From the NCBI GenBank assembly GCA_965153285.1, contig OZ229115.1: 64,000 bases of DNA; one strand, written 5' to 3'. The notes under the pieces were generated by a model. It did not search any database. It worked only from the letters and a program-made list of their open reading frames with translations, and was not told the origin of the DNA. This document shows positions 36,501 to 48,300 of the stretch, piece by piece. The number at the start of each line of letters is the position of its first letter. The first letter of the stretch is position 1. This DNA comes from Podarcis tiliguerta (taxonomy: Eukaryota). The position numbers were made by a program, and so were the translations under genes.

Positions 36501-39500
36501 AGCGAAGTAAAACATTACTGAAAAAAATAAGCAAGAAAGTTGCTCCACATTCTATTACCACACATTTATATAGGCACACACAGCCTCTACTTCCAGCCAT
36601 ACAGCTTACACCTACTCTCCTAATGGGTTTCAGTCCAGAATTGGTTCTACTGCTTCTGGGAACAATGGCTGAGAGGGAGACAACAGAGAATCGGAGAATG
36701 ACCCCAACAAGATCTGAGCAACGAAAGAAGAGGTCATAAACTTGAATAAAGTTAAATTTTCACACTTTGTTCTGAATTTAATTTGATCCCCTCCCCCCAA
36801 AAAAACCCTGGAATTCATTGGCAATGATTTTGGTGGTGGCAGAAAAAAAGATTGTGTGGATACAGGTGAAAGCTAGAGCATTTGTATAAAGCTGTTGACA
36901 ATTTCCAGTTCCTAATACTTTCCACACTTAAATATACCTGAACAGAAGATAGCACATTCACTGGAGTTCTTACCAGACACAGAATTGAGATTAAATTAGT
37001 TTTGAAGTTAAAAAACCTATTTTGAAGCATATGATCCCTTTTTTGATTTTATTTGTTTAATGTTTCTGAAGAAGTCAATAGTGTGTTTTAGATTGTGGAG
37101 GAAAACTACCAGAACAAAACTTTTCCATTTGGTCAGAAACCTGGCTGCGATTTCTACTACGGGAAACATGGTGCAGATATATACATAGGTAAATGTAAAG
37201 TGAAAGTGCCCTATCCCCACCCCGCTGGCCAACTTTCTGTTTGGTGAGTATGGCAGAAGTGAAAAAAAATATCACTAGAGGAAAGTGAAAGAGTAAGAGA
37301 GAGAATATCTCAACCAGTATGTTTCAGTGTATGATGACAGTTGATATAGGATGGTGTGCATGTGAAGAAACTAATTTTACTAGCAAATACAGCACACCCA
37401 CTTCTAATTCTGCACCCTTCTCCCTTTTCAGCCTGCTTAGGATTTCTTCAGCAAAAAAAATGTTAGCCGAAGAGTTTTATGGAGGCACTAACTTTTTACT
37501 AACTCTTCCTCCCTCCTGACTTCGGAAGAGAAAATTATGGACATACCCTGTCTTCTAGACCTTTACTATCCCTGCCCTTTTGGCAATCCATAGAATCAAA
37601 GGACTTTCTGCCACTTTTTTTTTTAAAGCAACTTCAAACTCAGCAAGGTTAAGTTTCAGTAAGATCACATGGCTATGTACTGATTGGGCATGTCTTCTTT
37701 CGTTTTTTAAGCAAATCCTAAGCCATGACCAAAAATGTCCGATGTATAGCCCACTAATAATGAAAGGAGAATGCATTTACCGGTATGTATTACTGAGTAA
37801 AACAATGAATGGAGATGGTAAGAGATAGAACAGTAGAGCAGGTTTGATGTCCAGTTTTAACCACAAATAAGTTGAAAACACTTAACTGGAATTTTGCAAG
37901 TGTGTGATTTTAGGACTCTGACAGAGTATAGAAATCCATGGGTAAAAAACCTAGAGTTCATTAAAGGTATAGGGTTATGGCCATTCATGAAACAGACTTC
38001 CATGTGTTCAACAGAACTTCCCCTTGCTTTCCTGCAGCCCCTTGTACACCCTCAAAATCTGATTCAATGGGTTAGGGGACCCTGTGGAGCAGATTTAGGA
38101 TATGCATGTGGGGAGAGGAAGGAGAAGTCCCATTGTGTGAGCAAAAAAATTTATTGATAATTGTTAGACACAACCCATAAGGATTAGGGCAGATTAAATG
38201 TGAAAAAGCAAGGAACATTGTCCAGCACAGTAGCCTTAAAGAGATGGGGTGATACTCAACTATTTTTTTCATTCAGAGTTGACTCATTGAAACTAAACCA
38301 TGACTAAATTAGGTGTATTAATGTCAAACTCTGCATAAACGTGAGTGAATGCCAGCCCCAGTGTGATGCAAAGTTGCAAAGAGTACTGAGACTCAGTTTT
38401 CAGAGGGCACATGTGGAATTTGGACAGGTGAGCACTGCAGTTAATGTTAGGGCAGGGAATTTGGGGAAGACAAAACAAAATATCCATTGGGTGACATCTA
38501 ACATCACTCGCATGACAGCATGTCTGCTTCCCCATGGCTCTGCATTCCCATGTGTTCTGGAAGGTCTCTCAATCCTCAAATAAATATTGGGGGAGCGTGC
38601 TGCCAAGTGCGAGAGGCAGGAGAGCAAAAAAGTCCTGTTGCACAAGTGCGAGTCTCTTGTGCTGAGAGATTGGCACCCATTGCTTGCTTTTAAATCTAAC
38701 AACACCTTAAAACATCTCATGTTTGTATTGTGCTTTGTTTGCTTCTGGAAATGATATGTGAATAAGCATTTTAAAAAACTAATAGATTGCAGCAGGAGTT
38801 TTCGCAAGTGAGAGTATTACTTCATCAGAGGCATGATGAAGAAACACTTGCTCCCAACAGCTTATAAAATATTGTGATGATGCAATATAAGAGCCTCTCT
38901 TTTGGTGTAGTAAGGCTGTTTATAATCTCTGCTACAGCAGACTAATATGGTTAGTCTCCTGGAACCTTCCTTTGAGACAAATACTTTATTTTGTTCAGGT
39001 TTAAACTTGGAAGATACTATATCCAATAAATTCATGTAGAACTGGCAGTACATTTCTGTTACATTTATTAATGCATGGATAGCCTACATGGTACTCATTT
39101 TGGACTGCAACAATTGGCTAAGGCTGATAGGTGTTTTAGCCCACAACATCTAGTGGTCACTGCATTTGCTAGCCCTGGATTATCCCATGTTTCAGAATTG
39201 TCTACTGAGCATTCATTCTGATTTGTTTGCAGGGAGCAGGGTCGACCCACCCATGAGATGAGGTGAAGCAGTTGCCTCAGGCAGCAGTTCTGACCTCCAA
39301 GGAGCGTGCCACTGCAGTGTGCCACCACCTATTCCTCTCCAGCCTCCTTTTACTCCCCCACTGCATTCAGCGTAGGGGGTGGCAGAGGAGGAGGAAGAGC
39401 CAGGTGGCATATTCAGTTTTGCCTCAAGGAGCAAAACATCCTGGGCCAGCCCAGGTAGGGAGGTTAGATACTGTTATGTCAAGCAAATCTTATCGCGCAA

Positions 39501-42282
39501 TTCCCAGTGCATTTTCCCATCACTTTCCTTATTGCAAAAAGTTCAGTTTTGGGGGTGAGAAAGCAGGTTTGTTGTGCAAGAACAACATATCCACTTTAAT
39601 TGTGCAACCTAAATTTCCTAGTCAGTATGTGATTGAAAATAGTGGCACTCGGGAAGAATCCGTGGTGGATATGGAAATGGGGCAGATTTCTGTGCAATTG
39701 TGTTTGTATGTCACAGAGTGTCTGATAACTCTGTTCATTCTCAGTGGGGTTCAGCTGGTTTTCCTTTTGAAACCACTTCCTCTTGGTCCCTCCACATGCC
39801 TTGGGGTAGTCATTTATGTGGAATTTTGGGGCTAGTATCAAGTAGGGATTTCAGTGCTAATCTCTACCACTGATTTCCAAGGTTGCAGGAGTATAAAAGA
39901 CATAGAGTATATGCTACTCTCAGTAATTGTGTTTACCCTAGAAATGCTCAGCATTTTTCTTGTTATAACAAATTTCCTGGTTTCCCCCCCCCCCCACTTT
40001 TTTGTATTTTGCATGAAATGAGGAGGGAAGTTGTCCATAGAGATAAGACTTCTCAATTGTAACTTCCCTGGGTAACTTCTTTATCCAATTTCCTAGTTCT
40101 AAAGCAGAGCTACAAAGGATGTAGAAAGTTGGGGATACATGAGCTAGCTCTCTTAATAGACACGCTAAAAGTGAAATTTACAGAAAGCTTGTAACGTGTA
40201 ACATTGACATGCGAGTCAACATCCCTGTTGCCACATCAAAGGCCTTGTGATCAGTTTGCGGAGAGGCAGGGCTCAACAGCAGCTGTTTTATTTGCAGAGA
40301 AATAGGCAGTGATTAGAGTGAACAGGAAATTTGGTGGTGAGAGGTGGGGAATTCTCAGGCCTCACCCTTCCCCTGGATCAAAGGCTATATCAGTGGTTCT
40401 GTCTCACTGGCTTTTAAAGTCTAATTGGGAAAAACTAATCATGTCCTATGCAGGCCATATCACACTGGGTCGGAAACTGTATTGCTGTAGCGTACAAGGC
40501 AGGAGATGGCTGGCTTACAGTGATTCTGTTGTGTCTATTGTTACTTCACTCCCAAATCTAAAAATAACAGCTTCATATGTGGTGAATGGCCTTCAAAGGG
40601 AAGATCCACAGCTCAGTGGATAGAGCTTGTGTTTTTTCAAGGTGCCAGGTCTATTATCTTTATCTGACATCTCTTAAAAGCAGCTTTCTCTAACCTTGAG
40701 TCCCCATATGTTTAACTAAATGCCTGTCAAATCCAGTCAGCGTTGCCAAGGGGCAGAGACGATCGGAATGGTAGTCCCAACATCATCTAGGGACCCAAGG
40801 ATTGCTTAAAGCTATCTTAAATGCTCATGGGTTGCAGAACTGGAAAACACCAAACATTTCTGCCTGAAACTGGACAGCTGCTGGCTTTCATAGGCAATAT
40901 TAGCCGAGATGGACCATTTTCTGATTCAAGACTGACTAAACTTGGTGATTCTAGTCCAGAATCAGTCATATTTGATAACCAAATATTTTATCATTGTCAT
41001 TTGTCTCATGATGGAAGGTTCTTAAAGATAACCAGCTTTCAGTAATTCTAATTTGAAGTGGTATCAGCCTCCCTGCTTCACCTGAGCGACTATGGCTGCA
41101 ATCCTAAACACATTTACCAGGGTGTAAGCACCATTGAACATGTTGGAAGTTGCTTCTGAATAAACTTGAGCAGGCTTTTGCCATATTCTGCATTACATTA
41201 TTTGTGCTTTGGCCTAAAAATGGAAGACACAGTTGAGGCTTGAGGGGAATCCTGAGCAAAGGTTGCTACAAGGTAGATAAAGAGTCCTTTTTGCTTCTTA
41301 CCTGATATAAGTATTTTGAGATATAGGGCTGAAAAATAACTCTGCCTTAAACTAATGAACAAAATAAGCAGTGACCTTGGTTGTTAATACTACTTGTGTC
41401 CAGAGGTAGTTGTATGTTACACCAGCAACATATTTAGGGCGCTGCAGGTGACTCCTCTACACAGGGCACTGAGGCGAGGCGGCACTTGAGTTCCCACTAT
41501 GTGTAGTGCACTTGAGAACATGCACAGAATGGAAGGAAAGAGTGGGGAAGGCACCAAATAAATATTCAGCCAAAGTCCGCCCCTGGTTACACACAGCTGG
41601 CTATAATATCAAAAGTATGGTATAAGAGAAATGCCATGAATGTGCTATACTTCCCCCATTGTATAATGTAATGAATTTCAGCTTGCTTTCTTTTCTTTAA
41701 AAAAGAACTCAAACTGCATTAGTCATACACATTTCTGTCTTTAGTGCTTCAGAACCACGCCCGGCAGGCCTTGAAGAGTCAGATCAGCCACCATTACCAG
41801 GAGAGCAAGGTATAAATTTGGATAACACTGGACATAAGCTTTCGGACTTCACAAACAGGCCACCAGGTGATGAACATGTTTTCATTATTTTTAATGTACT
41901 CTTTATATACAATATTATCATTTACTGTGCTTCACTCATTGCTTATTAAGACTGAACCTAAATTTGGTATTCCTACTACTTGTAGGTACACTGACAGGGA
42001 CTGCATCACATGTTAGTTAATCGGGCCCATGTAGCACACCTTCACCCACTTCAAACTTATTTTATTGTTTTTTCCAACAAAACAAACATTACATTGTTAT
42101 CCAGTATCACAACTTGCATTCCATATTTGCCATAACTAGACAATACAAAAGAGGCCAGTTTTAGTGACATCCTGCAGATTTTTGATAAAAGAATGTTTCT
42201 ATTTATCTCTATAGGCTACCCAGCCCAGCCAATGGAACAAAGAGCTCTTCAGCAAATACCTCCTCAGCTTTTGCAGCATGGA

Positions 42283-42313
<31 letters not shown>

Positions 42314-45300
42314 CCACACCTCAACAGACACAGTCTCAGCAGCAACAGATGATGATGATGCTCATGATGCAGCAAGACCCTAAATCTGTCAGGCTTCCTG
42401 TTTCCCAAGGTGTCCATCAACCTAGAGGCCCTCTGAATGTAGACTCACAAAGAATGTCAATGCAGCAGGGGGGCAACATGTCGGTGATGGTTAATCTTCA
42501 AGGTCCTGGTTCAGTGCCTCAATCTCCTGACAAGCAAAGGATCCCAATGCCAAACAACCAGCCTCTTGTGAACAGTGCACGAAAGATGGTTTACCCAGAT
42601 AATGCACAGAATCCAACCAGCTCTCCACTGGGAGAAGTTTCATCAGTGCCCTCTGTTTCAGAAGGAAATGGGCCTGAAGTCCCTTTAGCATCTGGGCCTC
42701 AAAATAATATAGCACCCCACTTAGTAGTTTCACAAAACCAGTTAATGATGGCAGGGCCAAAACCTGGACCTTCTCCAATGTCAGCTCCCCAAGGTACAAG
42801 CCCTCAGCAGCAGTCTAATTCTCTTACTGGCCCTCACCCGCATCATTTTCAGAATGTTCCTACCACATCACAAACATCGAGACCCAAAACTCCAAACAGG
42901 GCAAGTCCGAGACCATACTATCCACAGACTCCCAATAACCGTCCACCAAGCACAGAGCCATCAGAAATAAGTTTGTCTCCAGAGAGGCTCAATGCTTCTA
43001 TTGCAGGCCTCTTTCCTCCTCAGATTAATATTCCTTTGCCTCCCAGGCCCCATCTCAATAGAGGATTTGATCAGCAGGGTCTTAATCCAACCACTTTGAA
43101 GGCTATTGGGCAAGCACCCTCAAATCTTGCAATGAATAGCCAATCAAGTTTTGTTTCACCACAAGCACATAAGTTGGACTCCATGGCTATTAATTCAGGA
43201 AAGCAAACCAATGCTTGTGGGGCAAAGCGAGCCAGTCCAAGTAACAGCAGAAGGTCCAGTCCTGGATCCAGTAGGAAAACAACACCAAGCCCTGGGAGGC
43301 AGAACTCCAAAGCAACCAAGTTAGGTTTGACATCTCAGCAGAATCCAGGGCTCATGCAAAACATAGATTTACAAAGAAGTATGATGGTCGGTCCAGCCTC
43401 TTTGCAAATGCCTACGCCTGGAAGTTTTCAGAATAATGGTATGATAGCTGCCCAGAATCCTGCAATCCCTGTATCAGTCATGAGTGGTATTCCTGAGGAT
43501 AATAAAGATGGCTTTAGTGCCCCCCAAGAGAGTGTGTGCCAGAATATGCAGGTTGCCCCAGTGAACAAAGATCAGCGCAACATTGAGCTGAAAGGCGTTC
43601 CCAGCCAAGAAATTAAAATACTGGTCCATGAAGAGCAACAGAAGAGGGAGGTCCCTCCTATAGAATCCAACAAGCTTCCCAGTCTGGAAGAAAACAAGAA
43701 TCTTGTCTCTCCAGCTATGCGGGAGGCACCAACATCCTTAAGTCAACTTCTTGACAATTCTGGGGCTCCTAATGTTACCATTAAACCTCCTGGTCTCCCT
43801 AGCCTTGAAGTGCCTCCACCAGTGACTTATGCAGATGAATTCAAAAAGATTGCTGCCATTCCTCCTCCCCAACAGGAGCCTCCTTCTAGTAAAGACTCTG
43901 TCTGTTCCCTAAGTTTACCTGCAAATACTGAAGCCTGTTCAACTCAAGTGCAACAAGATCTGGGTGACATAAATTCAAGTGTTTCCCAGAATATTTCTCC
44001 AGTAATACAGAGGCCTGTTAGCTCTGCTTCTATTTCTACATCACTCCCACCCAATCAGATAACAGTATTTGTAACTTCCAACCCTATTACATCATCATCT
44101 AACACGCCTGCATCATTGCCCTCTCATCTACAGTCGACATTAATGCCTGCTGTCGTCACCATGCCTAGTGTTGGCAATAAAGTTATTGCTTCTGAAGGAC
44201 AAACAACAGTTCAGTCCAATGCTCGGCCTCAGTTCATTACGCCAGTTTTTATAAATTCATCCTCAATAATTCAGGTTATGAAAGGATCCCAGCCAAGTAC
44301 AATTCCTGCAACCCCAATGACTTCTAATTCTAATTTAATACCACAGTCTGTTGCAGTTGTTGGCCCTTTGCATTTGTCCCAGAATATAAAATTCTCATCA
44401 GGGCCTGCTCCTCCTTGCTCGTCTTCCAATACTCCTATCTCAAGTATACCAACAAGTCGGCCAGTGGTTATTAATTCATTGCCATCTCCTATTCAGCTTC
44501 CTTCTCCCTCATTAATGGCTCCTTCAAGCACTTCTCCGCATCCTTCCATTCAACAAGTCAAAGATTTCAACCCAGAGGAGTTAAGTTCTCAGACGTCAAC
44601 ATCTGATTCAAATGCTGAAGCAACCTCACAGCCTGGAGCTGTGGTCTCCCCATCTGGTGATCAGAGCCCTGGATCTTCCGTCAACAGACGAAGTCCAGTT
44701 TCATCTACAAAGGGAAAAGGGAAGGTGGACAGAATTGGTCAGTTTTTGCTGACCAAAGCATGCAAGAAAGTCACAGACTCAGTTGACAAAGGGGATGATC
44801 AATACGGTGTGGAAGGAGAAGTGGAAGGTCAAGGACAAGACATTTCAATCATCAACAGTCTGGAAATGGAACAGTTACCAGTAGAACTAGAAGACAATAT
44901 GGTGGCCTCTCCGGGTCCCACTCTTTTGAAACAAAGCACTTCCGGAACTGGCCATTTAAGTGCTAGTACTACTGCCGCTGTTTCTGCCTCTGTATCTCTA
45001 AGCTTACCAGGTAGCACTCCTTCCACTAACGTTCTTTCAGTTGTAACCACTCCAGTGATCTCTGACATCCTAACCACAATTCCAAGCACTAATGGTAACA
45101 CCTGCAGTTTACCTGCGGAGCAGGTTGGGATTGGACCAGAAGATGAGAAAACAGAAGACCATCATGAATCGCCACAGAATAAGGGTATGTACTCATAAAC
45201 ATATTGGGCTGTTATTCCATTCACTCTGTCGCCAAGAATCCAATTCTGCAAATATGAATTCAGGATGGGTCATGGTGACGAGGAGGGAGTTGTGTGTGGG

Positions 45301-48300
45301 CATGTGTGTGTGTGTTGAGGCCTAGAACAGTAGAACTGGAACAACTGGAAGAAGGAATCTCTTACAGTAAGCTTTGTTTCTCAAGTTAATGTAACAATAC
45401 AATATTTAAACATTGCTTTAAAAAGCATTTTAGTCAAAGTATTGCAAATCCCTCTGATCAAAGATTGAGCGTTAGTAATGATAGCAGTGCAATAGCATTT
45501 GAATAACGTATTGAACAACACTATTCTGTTCTAGAGTGTAATCTGAGAGCCTTCCAAATTTATTGCTTCTGCAGCATAGTGGAAAGATCTTTATATAATA
45601 CCTCTGACTCCTCTGGTTTCTCACTTGTCTCAGGTTCATTTGTCCTCTGTAACAAGTAAAATAATGCGATGTGTATTTGAAAATACATACCTCTGATGAA
45701 CAAAGTAACATATGAAGAAAGCTAATCCAAATGTTCCATAGATACTGGGGATATTGGAAATGTCTGCTTTTATACTAAATTTTGTAAATAAACAGAACAC
45801 TATAATAATGGATCAAAGTGAAATCAGTGCATAGAATTGGCATTCCATAGCATCCATGTTTATACAATAGTTTTCCCCCCATTGCTTAAACAAGATACTA
45901 AGAAGGCCTTAAATGCTTTGGGGGGGATTTTGTTTTATTGTTTTCAGATACTTTTGTCTCCTTGACTTATTGGGCTATCAATGATATACCTTTAGTTTTC
46001 TGCTTAGCATAGGGTTTTCCACTTTGGGGACATTCATATCTTGCAGTGTGATACAGAACAGTCTGTATTTTCCAGATATTTGTATTCTATTCCTTGTTTG
46101 TATTTCTTAAGACTGAAAAGTGCATTGGTAGCTTCTTATCTATCTTGTTTCAGCCTCTTTATCCCAGACTCCAATTGCAACACCAGAAAGTAGTGTTCAA
46201 AGAACAGGTATGTTTTCCCTTAGACTAAATAGCATATATGTTTATAGGGAAATATATATGTGCATAAAACTCTTCCCTGTATTTTATGTTACCTGCAAGA
46301 TGGAGTTTTAATTTATATTGAAAGAAATACTGTATGTAGTCACAGTATTACACTGAAGAGTTCAAAAATAATGTATCGCATGGACACTGTTTTGACACTG
46401 GTCAGAGCAAAGGGAGTGTACTGCAATAGTTTGCAGCTGTATTAGTTTTGGATTGTTTATGCACAAATTATTTTAAAATGAGCAATAAATTTAGGAGTTA
46501 TGGGGATGAGATTAGAAGCAGTTTATCACAAGGTAAAGAAAAACCTGAATTAAGTTGGTTATGCCTGCTGTTTGGGGTGAGGAGCGATAGGCATTCTGTT
46601 TTTCAGAGGATGATCTGGGGAACACTATCTGATCTCATCTCAAGTGATCAAGCTCCATAATAAAACTGGCAGCATCTAGCAATATGGACATTGCAGTTAT
46701 ACTCAAAATTCAAAGCTAAATGTAACAGTGATAAAACATTACAAGTTGAAAGCATGCTTTCTTTTCTTTAAAAGTAGGTAAATGTATTCTAGTGAACCGT
46801 CAGCTTAACACACATTTAACTAGTGCACATTCAGCTTTAAGTGCAGGGCAAAAATAAAAAATAAAAACATCAGGAAGGGGGTGGGGTTTCAGGAAAAATG
46901 ACTTTGGCAGTCCCACCTCCCCTTGAACCCAATGGGTTTTGACTATACTATACATGATTTTGGCTTTAGGTATGATCCCTGGAACGTAACCCCTGCATAA
47001 GTTGTACTACACTTTGATTAAAAGTTGACAGGGTTGCACTTCATCTGATCTCTGCTTAGTTTATAGCACGTACTTAGACAGGGAATGGGAGTTGGTAGGG
47101 GCAGAAGTGTTGCAAAGATGATCTGGTGAATTGTGCATATCAGGCCCATTAAAGTCTGAAGTGACCTCCATTTCCTTAGATCAAGAATTATGTGATACAT
47201 GATGAGGCTACTAATATCTACTTAGATTTTTCATGATGAAATATTGCTAGTATTATACCTATCACTTATTCTCAGAGTAGCAGTTAGATTTCTTAATGAT
47301 ACCCATTTCTTTTCTTTTCTATATGCTTCAGCAGTAGAGTAACCCCTCCATTTATCTGTTTCAGAACTGGAAGCAAATTCTGCAATTATTTCTGGCCTGG
47401 TTACGTAAGTAATTCACTATGGAATGATAGTAAAGGAGAAGTAATTTCTGTTCTTGGTTTATGTAGAAATGTGTATTACATAACTTTAAAGTGTTCTGTA
47501 ATTTCTTTCTCCTTGGCCTTGTAGAAATCTGTCTAACACAGAGGAAAAGTGCAAACTGGTGGCTGATTCCTGCAAAGACTTGCATGTGAACCTAATTTAG
47601 CATCCTGCATTTATTTCAATTAGTGTCATAGGTTAGGGCTCCTATGAAAGCAATAATGTTTCTTCCCAGGGTGTGCTAATTGTATCCAACATTAGTCCTA
47701 CGCAGAGCAGATCCATTCATGTTAATAAGCATGCCTTTCTTAGGTTCATTAATTTCAGTAGGTCTACGAGTAAAATTTAGCTAGATAGAACCCATTCTGT
47801 TAAATAGCCTAACAGTCATAATTATACCTTTCAGTCAAATGTACTGAACTATACAGTCTTCCCCTAGACTGGAACAAACCATCTAGGACTAAGGGCTGAA
47901 CGTTCCCCCTTTGGTTCTTTTCTCAAAAGACCAAAATGCATCTTGCCTGGCTTTTCTGTGGCTTTTCTGTGGCAAGGGTATTTTGCTTCCAAATAATGAT
48001 ACTTCCCTTCATTTTAAAGAGGAATGTAATTTCTGGACACCAGTCCTAGCACTGTGTTCCATATGTTCAAATGACCGGACCTATGTTTTTATTTATAAAA
48101 GTAGCTCTGTTCTTGGTTCCTTGTATTGTTGCCTACTAATATTTCTCGAAGCATACCAAGCAAGAAACTTTAGTGCTGATGTTGCAAGGCTATCTTCCTG
48201 TTTTTCTTGTAGCATGAATTGTATGTAAATACGCAGCTCTTGTATCATTTTTATCAGAAATGAGCCGAAGGAGAGCTGCGAAAAGGCTAAAACTCCGAGC

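Noticed and set aside
39263-39835. 190-aa intronic ORF
   Set aside because: It begins inside a degenerate MITE, has a non-ATG start and no coding-like composition or family match.
28166-45101. Antisense ORFs over NCOA6 exons 7, 9 and 11
   Set aside because: Shadows of Q/P/S-rich sense codons; no independent splice or start evidence.
33178-47290. Intronic box C motifs (ATGATGA at about 33178, 38833, 47199) as C/D snoRNAs
   Set aside because: No appropriately spaced CTGA D box or terminal stem seen.
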